Notes: generated by a model not told the origin, from the letters alone. DNA of 64,000 nucleotides from an uncultured Acidobacteriota bacterium (GCA_963805975.1 CAWDVR010000001.1:832001-896000), one strand, 5' to 3'. Counted from the stretch's first letter, positions 8,913 to 18,241 are shown. A program made the numbers and translations.

Positions 8913-11900
8913 ATGACCCCGCACCGGCGAGGCTCCATACTGCGGCGAGCGGCACGCGTGAAGAGTCTGATGCGACGGCACCGAGAGCGGCAGTCCCCGG
9001 CCCTCCTTCTGGGCGCCATGGTTTCCCTGGTGGCCCTCCTCGGCGCGGGCGCGAGCGGCCGGGGCCCTGCCCCGGTGGGCCTGCCGCCGGTTCCCATCCC
9101 GGCCGAGAATCCCCTGACGCCGGCCAAGGTGGCGCTCGGCGAGCGGCTGTTCTTCGAGACCGGCTTTTCGATCGACCGGCGGGTCAGTTGTGCCGGCTGC
9201 CACCGGCCCGAGGGCTTCTTCGTCGACGAGGAACGGTTCTCCAAAGGCATTCTCGGGCTGGACGGGGCGCGCAACACGGGCTCGGTGCTCAACGCAGCGT
9301 ACTCGCCCTTCCTGATGTCGGACGGCCGCGCCACCAGCCTGGAGGACCAGGTCAAGTACCCGGTCACCAACCCGCTCGAGCTCAACACCACGCAGGAGAG
9401 GGTGGTGAGCTTCCTCGCCGGCGAGCCCGCCTATGCTCCGCTCTTTGCCGCGGCCTTCGGCGACGCGAGCGTCACCTGGAAGCGGGTCACCGAGGCGATT
9501 GCTTCCTTCGAGCGCACGCTGATCGCCGGCAACTCCGCCTTCGACCGCTTCATGGCCGGCGACGGAGCGGCGCTGTCGGCGCCGGCGCAGCGTGGCTGGG
9601 AGCTGTTCCGCGGCGAGGCGGGCTGTGTGCGCTGCCACGCCTACCGCCCCGATCAGCCCTTCTTCAGCGACTTCGAGTTCCACAACACCGGCGTCGCCTG
9701 GTACCCGGACGACCCCCAGCCGTCCGTCCGCCACACCCCCGACCTCGGCCGCTACTGGGTGACGCGGGACCGGCAGCACATCGGGGCGTTCCGCACTCCG
9801 GGCCTGCGCAACGTGGCGCGGACGGCGCCCTACATGCGCAACGGCGAGCTGGCGACGCTGGCGCAGGTGGTGGAGTTCTATTCCAAGGGGCCGCGCAAGA
9901 ACCCGTTCCTCGACGCCCGGCTAGAGCCGCTCGCGCTCACCGCCGGGCAGCAGGCGGACCTCGTCGCCTTTCTCGAGTCGCTGACCGGCGAGGTCGGCTA
10001 CCAGCGGCCGGCGTCGCCGGGCGAAGGGGCGCCGCCATCGCCGGCGGCGCCCGCCACGCCGGTCTCGGCCGCTTCGGCCTCGGACACGCCAACCTCGGCC
10101 GCGCCGGCCAAGCCGAGCCCCGGCTACGGCCGGATCGAGGTGGTCGCCGGCGGCGGGGACGACGGTGACGGCGGCAAGGCGATGGACGCCGTGTTCGTCA
10201 ACGTCGGCGGTCTGGCGGCGGACCCCAAGGGCAACCTCTACGTCGTCGACTCGGGCGCCAACCGGGTGCGCAGGATCGATGCCGAGACCGGCCTGATCCG
10301 CACTGTCGCCGGGACCGGCCTGATGGTCGGCGCGCTCGATTCCCAGATCGCCATCGACCGGCCCTTGCGCGGGCCGGTGCCGCTGGCGATCGACGGCCCC
10401 GGGCGCTCGCTCTTCGTGGGCGAGATCCTCTCGCGGCGCGTGCTGCGGGTGGACCTCGCGAGCGGTGCGATCGAGGATCTCGGGGGACCCGCGGGCGGCT
10501 TCGGCAGCCCGGACGGCCTGCTCTGGACCCCGGCGGGCCTGCTGGTCGCCGACGCCCCCCGGGGCCAGGTGTGGCGGCAAGGGGTGGGCGGCGCCTGGAC
10601 CGGTCTGCTCTCCGCCGGCAGCGAGCTGGGCGACAACATCCGCACCCTGGCGCAGGACTCGAGGGGCCGGGTCTACGTCAGCGAGTACTTTGCCCACCGG
10701 GTGCTGCGCTGGGACCCCGCCACGGGTGATCTGGAGGTCGTGGTGGGAACGGGCCAGTCGGGGCGCGGCGCCGACGGCCTGCCGGCGCCGCAGGCTGCGA
10801 TCCGCACCCCGGATGGCATCGCTCTCGACCGCAACGGCCACCTCCTCGTCGCCGACAAGGGCAACCACCGGATCTGTCGCGTCGACCTCGCGACCGGTGT
10901 GCTCGAGACCGTGGCCGAGTCCCGCGAGAAGAAGGGGAGCGAGAAGCGGTGGACCCCCGGTCCCATCGCCGCCGACGCCCAGGGGAACCTCTGGATCGGA
11001 GACCTGGAGAGCAACCGCCTGCTGCGCCTGGCGCCCGGCGCCTCCGAGCCGGTGGTGATGGCCGGCGCCGGCGGCATCGGCGACGGCGGTGCCGCCACCG
11101 CGGCGCGGCTGGCCCATCCGGGCAGTGTGGTGGCCGACGCCCGCGGCGATCTCTACGTCTCGGACACGCTCCACCATCGGGTGCGGGTGATCGAGGCGGC
11201 GACGGGCCGCATCCGCACCCTGGCCGGTACCGGCATGCACGGCTACAACGGCGACGGCATCCCGGCGACCCAGGCCTGGCTGAGCTACCCCGCCGAGCTG
11301 CAGATCGACGGCAAGGGGCGCATCTACTTCGGGGACTACTACAACAACCGGGTGCGCGTGGTCGATCCCGCCACCGGCCTGATCTCGACCCTCGCCGGCA
11401 GCGGCAAGGCCGGGGAGGATGGGGACGGCGGGCCGGCGACCGGCGCCAAGCTGTTCAACCCCCACGCCCTGCTGCTCGAAGGGGACCGCTCGCTGCTGAT
11501 CGCGAGCGCCGTCTCCTCCCGGGTGCGCCGAGTCGACCTCGAGAGCGGGACGATCTCCAGCGTGGCGATGGGGGACGGGGTGCCGGCGGACCTCGCCTTC
11601 TACGGGATGGCGCACTGGGCCGGCGGCGTGGTCATGGCGCGACCCCGCCCCGGCAGCATCGAAGTGCTCCGCGACGGCAAGCTCACGCCGCTCCTCGACC
11701 GTCCGGACGTCTTCTTCCCGCAGGACGTCACCGTCTCGCCCCGCGGTGAGCTCTTCGTCTGCGAGACCGGCCGCAACCGCGTCATGCGCTGGACCGGCAA
11801 GAACCTCGAGCCGGTGGTCGAGAACCTCGGCAGGCCGGGCTCGATCAGCTTCGATTCCCAGGGCAATTTGTTGATCTCGGACACCTTCCACAACCGTGTG

Positions 11901-11957
11901 CTGAAGGTCTGGCTGGCGCCCGAGGCCACGGCACCGCGGTCACCCGTTTCGCCCTAG
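8913..11957 (+). CDS. Diheme cytochrome c peroxidase/MauG-family domain fused to NHL-repeat propellers (true start may be 8958-9018)
   Basis: NPLTPAKVALGERLFF, CAGCH, CVRCH, FRTPGLRNVARTAPYM, DLVAFLESLT; Pro/Ala linker; about 600 aa of NHL repeats. Confidence 0.9.
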   Translation: MTPHRRGSILRRAARVKSLMRRHRERQSPALLLGAMVSLVALLGAGASGRGPAPVGLPPVPIPAENPLTPAKVALGERLFFETGFSIDRRVSCAGCHRPEGFFVDEERFSKGILGLDGARNTGSVLNAAYSPFLMSDGRATSLEDQVKYPVTNPLELNTTQERVVSFLAGEPAYAPLFAAAFGDASVTWKRVTEAIASFERTLIAGNSAFDRFMAGDGAALSAPAQRGWELFRGEAGCVRCHAYRPDQPFFSDFEFHNTGVAWYPDDPQPSVRHTPDLGRYWVTRDRQHIGAFRTPGLRNVARTAPYMRNGELATLAQVVEFYSKGPRKNPFLDARLEPLALTAGQQADLVAFLESLTGEVGYQRPASPGEGAPPSPAAPATPVSAASASDTPTSAAPAKPSPGYGRIEVVAGGGDDGDGGKAMDAVFVNVGGLAADPKGNLYVVDSGANRVRRIDAETGLIRTVAGTGLMVGALDSQIAIDRPLRGPVPLAIDGPGRSLFVGEILSRRVLRVDLASGAIEDLGGPAGGFGSPDGLLWTPAGLLVADAPRGQVWRQGVGGAWTGLLSAGSELGDNIRTLAQDSRGRVYVSEYFAHRVLRWDPATGDLEVVVGTGQSGRGADGLPAPQAAIRTPDGIALDRNGHLLVADKGNHRICRVDLATGVLETVAESREKKGSEKRWTPGPIAADAQGNLWIGDLESNRLLRLAPGASEPVVMAGAGGIGDGGAATAARLAHPGSVVADARGDLYVSDTLHHRVRVIEAATGRIRTLAGTGMHGYNGDGIPATQAWLSYPAELQIDGKGRIYFGDYYNNRVRVVDPATGLISTLAGSGKAGEDGDGGPATGAKLFNPHALLLEGDRSLLIASAVSSRVRRVDLESGTISSVAMGDGVPADLAFYGMAHWAGGVVMARPRPGSIEVLRDGKLTPLLDRPDVFFPQDVTVSPRGELFVCETGRNRVMRWTGKNLEPVVENLGRPGSISFDSQGNLLISDTFHNRVLKVWLAPEATAPRSPVSP

Positions 11958-13178
11958 GCCGGGCTCGACGGCTTCCACCCGCTCCTCGGGCGCGGGGCCG
12001 AAATAGCGCTTGAGGCGGAGGAACCGCACCTCGAAGGCGTGGTAGAGGATCGCCGCCAGGAGCCAGGAGCCGGCGATCCCCACGCCCAGCCAGAAGAGCC
12101 GCTCCAGGATGGTGAACCGAACCAGGCTCAGCACCTGGCGGTAGACCAGGGGGTAGACCACGACGAAGGCCAGCAGGTGGAAGAGGTAGATGCCGTAGGA
12201 GTACTTGCCCAGTGAGGCCATGGGCCGGGCCTCGAAGAGCTTGGCGAGCACCGGGCCCTGGTCGAGCACCTTCGCCAGCAGCCCGGCCCAGCCCAGGGCC
12301 AGGAGGGAGTACCCCACCACTTGGAAGGAGGGGGTCTCCCGCACCTGATCGCCGGCCAGGAGCAGCCAGGCGCCCGCTGCCGGCAGGCAGACGAAGAGAG
12401 CGGCGCCGGACAGCCGGCGCCAGAGGTCGGGCCGGAACCGAGGCGAGCGCAGGTAGGCCGCCATCAGCCCCCCTGCCGCCAGGGTGTCCAGCCGGCAGGG
12501 GGTGAGGAGGAAGATCGACAGCCAGTGCCCGCCGCTGAACGCCAGGGCCGCCCGCAAGCCGACGGCACCGAGGAACACCGCCGCGATCACGCCCAGGAGC
12601 TTCTTGGGCGGGCAGAGCAGGATCAGGAAGGGCCAGACCAGGTAGAACTGCTCTTCGATCGCCAGGCTCCAGGTCAGGCTGTTGGCATAGCCCGGCGAGA
12701 AGTCCTCGCGGTCCGCCATCCACAGGTTCGAGGTGTAGGTCACGTACCAGGGCCAGGCAGCGGCGTCGGCGGCGTACTGATAGCCGGGCACGCGCTCGAG
12801 ATGCATGCGTTGAGCGTAGATGGGCATCAGCAGCAGTGTGGTCGCCAGGAAGAGGTAGTAGAGCGGAAAGATCCGCAGCACCCGCCGGGCGAAGAAGTTG
12901 CGGATGGAACCCGGGCGGCGGCGGGAGTCGATCAGGATGCCGGTGATCAGGAAGCCGCTCAGGACGAAGAAGAGGTCCACCCCCGCCCAGCCGAGCCGCG
13001 ACAGGCGGCTCAGCGCCTGGCCCAGCAGAGTGCCGTGCTCCGGGCGCCACAGATGGAGCACCAGCACCAGCAGAATGGCAAGGCCGCGCAGGCCGTCCAG
13101 GCCGCGGACCCGCCCGCGAAAGCGGGGGATAGTTGAGCGCAGCGATTCGCCGGCCGCCGGCTTCGAGGTCGGCTCCAT
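11940..13178 (-). CDS. Acyltransferase 3 (OafA-like) membrane O-acyltransferase
   Basis: LDGLRGLAILLV, GVDLFFVLSGFLIT, RRVLRIFPLYY, WSLAIEEQFYLVWP, SYGIYLFH. Confidence 0.92.
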   Translation of the reverse strand: MEPTSKPAAGESLRSTIPRFRGRVRGLDGLRGLAILLVLVLHLWRPEHGTLLGQALSRLSRLGWAGVDLFFVLSGFLITGILIDSRRRPGSIRNFFARRVLRIFPLYYLFLATTLLLMPIYAQRMHLERVPGYQYAADAAAWPWYVTYTSNLWMADREDFSPGYANSLTWSLAIEEQFYLVWPFLILLCPPKKLLGVIAAVFLGAVGLRAALAFSGGHWLSIFLLTPCRLDTLAAGGLMAAYLRSPRFRPDLWRRLSGAALFVCLPAAGAWLLLAGDQVRETPSFQVVGYSLLALGWAGLLAKVLDQGPVLAKLFEARPMASLGKYSYGIYLFHLLAFVVVYPLVYRQVLSLVRFTILERLFWLGVGIAGSWLLAAILYHAFEVRFLRLKRYFGPAPEERVEAVEPGLGRNG

Positions 13179-13194
13179 CGCCCGCGGCCCGCGC

Positions 13195-13545
13195 TCAGCG
13201 GCGCTCGATGACGTCCGCCACCAGGCCGAACGGGTCGACGAAGTAGAGCGCCTTCTCCGCCGCGGACTCGCGGAGAATGCGGCACCCGGCGGCAACCAGG
13301 TGCGCCTTGGCGCGCTCGAAGTCGGCCACCGCGTAGGAGGGGACGTAGGACATCACCCGCTCGTCGAGGTTGACCCAGAGCGTGAATGCCCCGGTCTCGA
13401 AAGCCAGCTTGTCCGGCTCGTCGAGAATCAGCCGAAACCCGAGGACGCCACCATAGAAAGCTTTGGCTCGCCCGAGATCGGGCAGGTGGATCGCGACCTC
13501 GGGTTGAGACCGGAAGGCCGGGGTGGCAAGCGCCGCGTCGCTCAT
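13195..13545 (-). CDS. VOC/glyoxalase/bleomycin-resistance family protein
   Basis: DLGRAKAFYGGVLGF and YFVDPFG motifs; 116 aa. Confidence 0.85.
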   Translation of the reverse strand: MSDAALATPAFRSQPEVAIHLPDLGRAKAFYGGVLGFRLILDEPDKLAFETGAFTLWVNLDERVMSYVPSYAVADFERAKAHLVAAGCRILRESAAEKALYFVDPFGLVADVIERR

Positions 13546-13588
13546 CCTGCGCTCCCTTCGAAAGCTTGCGGTCGGCTCTCGGCACCGC

Positions 13589-14398
13589 TCAGAGGCTGGC
13601 GGCGGCCACCGCCTGAGAGATCAGCCACGGCAAGGTGAGCAGGATCGGGGGGTCGGTCACCTCGGCGGGCCGGAGCGCGAGCTCGGTCGGCCCCTCGACA
13701 AGCCCGTCCCGGATCTCGATCGGTTCCGAGGTCGATCCGCCGCGCAGAGCCGTGTCGCAGAGTAGCAGCTCCCGCGCTTCGACGTCCCGCGGAAAGGCCA
13801 GGCTCAGGAGGTAGTACTGGCCGTCCGGCACGGGCCGTATCCGGAAACTCCCGGGCCGGTCCAGGATGGCGCAGCCCACCGGCCGGGAGTGGGGCAGAGG
13901 CGAGGAGAAGAGGCCGACGAAGATCAGCCCGGAGAAGCCTTCGGGCGCCCGCACCACTCCTCGGGGGCCCGGCCCGGCCACCGAATCGTCGAGCTGCGTC
14001 ATCTTGAGGCGCGGCCAGTTGACGGCACCCAAGCCGCGCGCCAGCCGGCGAAGATGGTGCGGAGACAGGCCGACGAAGGCCCGAAAACGCCGCGAGAACG
14101 TGCCCGGGCTCGCGAAGCCGACATCCAGACAGACGTCGATCACTTTCTGTCGCGTGGTGATCAGCAGCCTCCTGGCTGCCTGGATGCGCAGGGCGCTCAG
14201 GAAGTGGCCCGGGGGCATGCCGACGATGCGGTGGAAGATGCGGATGAAATGGAAGGGGCTGATGTACGCCGCCGCCGCCAGATCCTTGAGGCTCAAGCGT
14301 TGGTCCAGCCCCTCGTGCATCGTGTGGATGGCTCGCTGAATGGCGAGCCGATGGCTCTGGTCAGCCGCCTCTGAGGTGCAGCGCTCCGCCCCTGCCAT
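13589..14398 (-). CDS. AraC-family regulator (N-terminal HTH, C-terminal beta-sandwich-like domain)
   Basis: LSLKDLAAAAYISPFHFIRIF, VIDVCLDVGFASPGTFSRRF; GGGGAGGTGA SD before ATG 14398. Confidence 0.88.
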   Translation of the reverse strand: MAGAERCTSEAADQSHRLAIQRAIHTMHEGLDQRLSLKDLAAAAYISPFHFIRIFHRIVGMPPGHFLSALRIQAARRLLITTRQKVIDVCLDVGFASPGTFSRRFRAFVGLSPHHLRRLARGLGAVNWPRLKMTQLDDSVAGPGPRGVVRAPEGFSGLIFVGLFSSPLPHSRPVGCAILDRPGSFRIRPVPDGQYYLLSLAFPRDVEARELLLCDTALRGGSTSEPIEIRDGLVEGPTELALRPAEVTDPPILLTLPWLISQAVAAASL

Positions 14399-14622
14399 GG
14401 TCACCTCCCCTTGGCCCGACCTGCTGGTGCTGGCTACTTCTCTGGAGATCTATCCTCTAGCTTCTGAAGGGTTAAGTGCCGGCAATGCTAGCTACGGGAC
14501 ATTTCGGGGAGCTAAGCCAGATGGCTGCATGCATGGTTTGATTGCAAGGATCCTGTGCGGCTTGCGCCGAGCAACTCCGATAGAGTCGTCTCGACAACTC
14601 ACCCGCGCAAGGAGACCCAGCG

Positions 14623-15150
14623 ATGCTAAAACCCAGCGACACGCTGACGCAGGCTTTCAGCCAACAGATCGGCAACGAGATGGGCGCCTCGATGCAGTAC
14701 GTGGCGATCGCCAACTACTTCACTTCGGAGACCCTCCCCGAGCTCGCCCAGTTCTTCTACCGGCAGGCCGACGAGGAGCGGATGCATGCCATGAAGTTCG
14801 TCCGCTTTCTGCTCGACGTGGGCGCCTATCCGGAGATCCCCTCGATCCAGGCACCCAAGAACCGCTTCGGGTCGGCGGAAGAGTGCGTGGCGCTTTCGGT
14901 CGAGTGGGAAGAGACGGTCACCGAGCAGATCTATGGTTTGGTGGACCTGGCGAAGAACGACAACCATTACGTGGCGCTGCGCTTCCTCGACTGGTTCGTG
15001 ACCGAGCAGCTCGAAGAAGTGTCGTCGATGAGCGACCTGCTCGCCGTGGTGCGCCGCGCCGGCGTGCCTGGCCTGCTGCACGTGGAGGAGTACCTGGCGC
15101 GGAGCGGCGGCCGCATCCCGGTGGTGCCGCAGGAGAAGGGCGGAGAGTAG
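14623..15150 (+). CDS. ftnA: Ferritin (non-heme)
   Basis: QIGNEMGASMQY, QADEERMHAMKF, FLDWFVTEQLEE ferroxidase motifs; AAGGAG SD. Confidence 0.9.
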   Translation: MLKPSDTLTQAFSQQIGNEMGASMQYVAIANYFTSETLPELAQFFYRQADEERMHAMKFVRFLLDVGAYPEIPSIQAPKNRFGSAEECVALSVEWEETVTEQIYGLVDLAKNDNHYVALRFLDWFVTEQLEEVSSMSDLLAVVRRAGVPGLLHVEEYLARSGGRIPVVPQEKGGE

Positions 15151-15166
15151 AGGCCGGGTCGTACGG

Positions 15167-16141
15167 TTACATCGTGGGCAGCCGCAGCACCGCTTCGGCG
15201 ATCTCGGCGGCGTTGACCGCGCCGCCCACCGTCAGGTTGTCGACCACCGCCCACAGCCAATAGCCTCCCGGCTCACCCGGCTGCGGCGTGACGGTCCCCA
15301 CCAGCACCTCGCGGCGCGAGGCGACATCGACCGGGCTCGGCTCGTCCTCGGAGGAAAGGTCGAGCCGTGGGCTCTTGCCCAGCGCCTGGCGCAGGGCGTC
15401 CTCCCCCGGGTCGCTCGCGAAGCGCACGTAGAGGCTCGCCGCCACCCCGTGGAAGACGCCGCCCTGTACCACTTGCACGGCGAGCGGCAGCTCACCACCC
15501 TGGCGGGCGCCGCGGAGGGCTTCGCGCACCTGCGCCGCGAGGTCGACGGGAGGAGCGGCCGGCGGGTAGAGGTTGAAGGCGAGCTGACGGCCGAACACCT
15601 CTTGCGGTCGCTCGGAGCCGAAGGCGAGGAGCGCACGAGTCTGCTCGTAGAGCTCGTCGAGCGCCTGCTTGCCGAACACCGAGGCGGGCTGCACCAGGGT
15701 CGCCACCGCCTGCTGCGGGCCGAGCGGCAGGAGCGGTGCGAGGAGCTCCGCCAGCAGCACGGCGCCGGCGTTGGGGCTCAGGAAGACTCCGCCGGCGTGC
15801 GCCGAGTCGAGGTTCACGCCGGCCACCACGGGCTTGCCGTCGGCGAGCGCCGCGTCCGACGACAGGACGATGACCGTGGTGCGGGAGGGCAGCTCGGCGA
15901 GGAGCGGGCGGTTGGCCGCCATCGCCCCGCAGAAGAAGGCCACGTCCACGTCCTCCAGCTCGTCCGGGGTCAGGCGCTGCACCACGGCGGCGGCGCCGCG
16001 CATCTCGGTCAGGTTGCCGATCTCGGCCTCGTCGGTCGACAGCAGCCGCACTGCGCCGTCGAGCGCCGGCCGGCGGCCGATCTCGTCCCTGAGCTCGTCA
16101 CCCAAGAGGTCCGAGGGATGGAGGATGGCGAAGGTGGTCAT
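15167..16141 (-). CDS. Aspartate-semialdehyde dehydrogenase-like protein (Usg-like, catalytically degenerate)
   Basis: DVAFFCG, QLAFNLYP, WLWAVVDNLTVGGAVNAAEIAE; ATGA overlap with pssA stop; catalytic Cys absent. Confidence 0.8.
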   Translation of the reverse strand: MTTFAILHPSDLLGDELRDEIGRRPALDGAVRLLSTDEAEIGNLTEMRGAAAVVQRLTPDELEDVDVAFFCGAMAANRPLLAELPSRTTVIVLSSDAALADGKPVVAGVNLDSAHAGGVFLSPNAGAVLLAELLAPLLPLGPQQAVATLVQPASVFGKQALDELYEQTRALLAFGSERPQEVFGRQLAFNLYPPAAPPVDLAAQVREALRGARQGGELPLAVQVVQGGVFHGVAASLYVRFASDPGEDALRQALGKSPRLDLSSEDEPSPVDVASRREVLVGTVTPQPGEPGGYWLWAVVDNLTVGGAVNAAEIAEAVLRLPTM

Positions 16142-16986
16142 AGCTTTTCGCGAGGCGTGCGCCCTTCGCTGGGAGAGACGATCTCCGCCGGGGTCGGGGG
16201 CACGCCGGCCTCGCGGTGCGTGAGCCGCCGCCACGCCCAGCCGAGCGGGCCGGACGCGGTGTAGATCGCGGCGATCGCCAGGAAGAACGCCGGCGGATGG
16301 TAGGCGACCACCAGGATCGCCGCCGCCAGCGGCAACAGCAGGCGGTAGCTCTGGCGGCGCCGGAGGTCGAGCTTCTTGAAGCTGTGGTAGCGGAAGGTGG
16401 AGACCATCAGCGCGCCGGCGGCGAGGAGCGAGCCCGCCACCAGCGCCTGGAGCCAGGGCTCCCCGGCATAGCCTTCGACGAAGAAGAGCAGCGAGCAGAT
16501 GAGGCCCGCCGCGGCCGGCGCCGGCAAGCCGACGAAGAAGCGCGAATCCACGATCTTGGTCTGCACGTTGAAACGGGCGAGGCGGAAGGCGGCGCCGAGC
16601 AGGAAGAAGAGCGGGATCAGCCAGCCGGCGCGGTCGAAGGTCTCCAGGCCCCAGTGGTAGCAGAGGAGTGCGGGGACGGCGCCGAAAGTGAACACGTCGG
16701 CCAGCGAGTCCAGTTGCTTGCCGAAATCGCTGTCGGTGCCGGTCATGCGGGCGATGCGGCCATCCAGAGTGTCGAGGATGCCGGCCACGAACACCAACAG
16801 AGCCGCGATCTGGAAGCGGCCGTGGATGCCCAGCACCACGGCGTAGAAACCGAGCAGCATGTTGCCGGTGGTGAAGAGGCTCGGCAGCAGGTAGGCGCCG
16901 CGACGCAGGCGCCGCCGCATGCGGCCGTTCGGCTCGTTCGGGCCGTTCAGCTCGTTCGGAAGGCTCTCGCTCGGCGGTGTCGTCAC
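16138..16986 (-). CDS. pssA: CDP-diacylglycerol--serine O-phosphatidyltransferase
   Basis: LPSLFTTGN, DTLDGRIAR...FGKQLDSLADVFTFG, RLARFN, FVGLPAP. Confidence 0.93.
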   Translation of the reverse strand: MTTPPSESLPNELNGPNEPNGRMRRRLRRGAYLLPSLFTTGNMLLGFYAVVLGIHGRFQIAALLVFVAGILDTLDGRIARMTGTDSDFGKQLDSLADVFTFGAVPALLCYHWGLETFDRAGWLIPLFFLLGAAFRLARFNVQTKIVDSRFFVGLPAPAAAGLICSLLFFVEGYAGEPWLQALVAGSLLAAGALMVSTFRYHSFKKLDLRRRQSYRLLLPLAAAILVVAYHPPAFFLAIAAIYTASGPLGWAWRRLTHREAGVPPTPAEIVSPSEGRTPREKL

Positions 16987-17696
16987 GGCACGGGCCTCAC
17001 GGTGTCCGGTCCCAGGGTATTCGCGGCGTCAGGCAGGCCGGGGAGCGCCACCACCGAGAGGCCGTTCTTCAGCCGGTCGCCTTTCTTCACCACCACGCGA
17101 TAGCCCGGCGGCAGCAGCAGATCGACCCGCGAGCCGAACTTGATGAGGCCCAGCCGCTCGCCGCGGGTCACGGTCTCGCCGGTCCGCAGGTAGCAGACCA
17201 CGCGCCTGGCGAGGAGGCCGGCGATCTGGCGCACACCGATGCGTCCGCCTCCGGGGTGCTCGGCCCCGGGGTGCTCAGAGGGGGGGGGCAGCTCGATCAC
17301 CGTCAGATGCTGCTCGTTGACTACCCCGGCGTCCGGCCGGAAGGCGGCCACCTTGCGCCCGCGGGAGAGCGCCGAGGCGATCACCTTGCCGCCGGCCGGC
17401 ACGCTCTGCACGTGGACGTCGAACACCGACAGGAAGGTCACCACCCGCTGGTAGCGCCCCGGCCCGACTGCCGGGTCCTCGACCTCGTCGACCAGGGTCA
17501 CCAAGCCGTCGGCCGGCGCCAGCACCGCCCCGGCCTCGCCCGTGAAGTGGCGGCGCGGGATGCGGAAGAAGAGCAGCACGGCGAAGGCGACCACCAGCGC
17601 GGCGAGCGCCCAGCGCGGATGGCCGGCTAGATAGAGCGCCAGGGCGATGGCGACGAAGGGCAGGACGAAGGGCCAGCTCTCGCGGGCAAAGGTCAT
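16983..17696 (-). CDS. psd: Phosphatidylserine decarboxylase proenzyme
   Basis: APADG, FLSVFDVH, QIAGLLARR, self-cleavage motif FGSRVD; adjacent to pssA. Confidence 0.93.
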   Translation of the reverse strand: MTFARESWPFVLPFVAIALALYLAGHPRWALAALVVAFAVLLFFRIPRRHFTGEAGAVLAPADGLVTLVDEVEDPAVGPGRYQRVVTFLSVFDVHVQSVPAGGKVIASALSRGRKVAAFRPDAGVVNEQHLTVIELPPPSEHPGAEHPGGGRIGVRQIAGLLARRVVCYLRTGETVTRGERLGLIKFGSRVDLLLPPGYRVVVKKGDRLKNGLSVVALPGLPDAANTLGPDTVRPVP

Positions 17697-17728
17697 GAGA
17701 GTCGTCTTTTCGGCGCTTGGGAGATGGC

Positions 17729-17753
17729 GGGAGGGGCGATGTTCGCCCCTCCC
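17729..17753. terminator. GC-rich hairpin between DUF465 gene and psd
   Basis: GGGAGGGGCGA-TGT-TCGCCCCTCCC perfect 11-bp stem; no clear U tract. Confidence 0.35.
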
Positions 17754-17781
17754 AGGTTGCCCGGATTCGAACCCGCCGGGT

Positions 17782-18015
17782 CTAGACGGCGACGTGCGCC
17801 AGCTCGTGCTCGCGCAGCATCTCCGCCATGCGGTCCTTGAGGCTCAGCTTGTGCAGTTTGAGCCTTTTCTCTTCGATCTCGTCTTGCTGCGACAGGAGGG
17901 ACTTTTGGACCAGCTCGTCCAGCCGTCGCTCACACTCCTGGTGCTCGGTGTGCAAACGGCGGAACTCTTCATCCGTGGCCAGCAGGTCCTCTTTCAACGC
18001 GTCGCGAGTCGACAT
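17782..18015 (-). CDS. DUF465/YdcH-family small coiled-coil protein
   Basis: MSTRDALKEDLLATDEEFRRLHTEHQ...EKRLKLHKLSLKDRM; AAGGAGG SD; 77 aa. Confidence 0.85.
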   Translation of the reverse strand: MSTRDALKEDLLATDEEFRRLHTEHQECERRLDELVQKSLLSQQDEIEEKRLKLHKLSLKDRMAEMLREHELAHVAV

Positions 18016-18241
18016 CGAATCGGCCTCCTTGTGGCGAGCGGTTCTGCCGCCGGTCGGTCGGCGGCGGAGGGACGAGGGAGGATGGGAGGGACCCGGCTCA
18101 CCAGCGCTCGAGCGTAGGGCGGGCACCGCGACGGGAGAACCTACGACCGTCGACGGGGGCTCGTCGGTTTGTGGAGGCGGGCCGCATAGGTTGGGACGAA
18201 GGCAGGCTACCACCCTCGGCAACGGCGAGCAACACCCGGAA

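Noticed and set aside
17755-17781. GGGTTCGAATCC T-arm-like motif on the minus strand
   Set aside because: No acceptor, D or anticodon arms can be built; not a tRNA.
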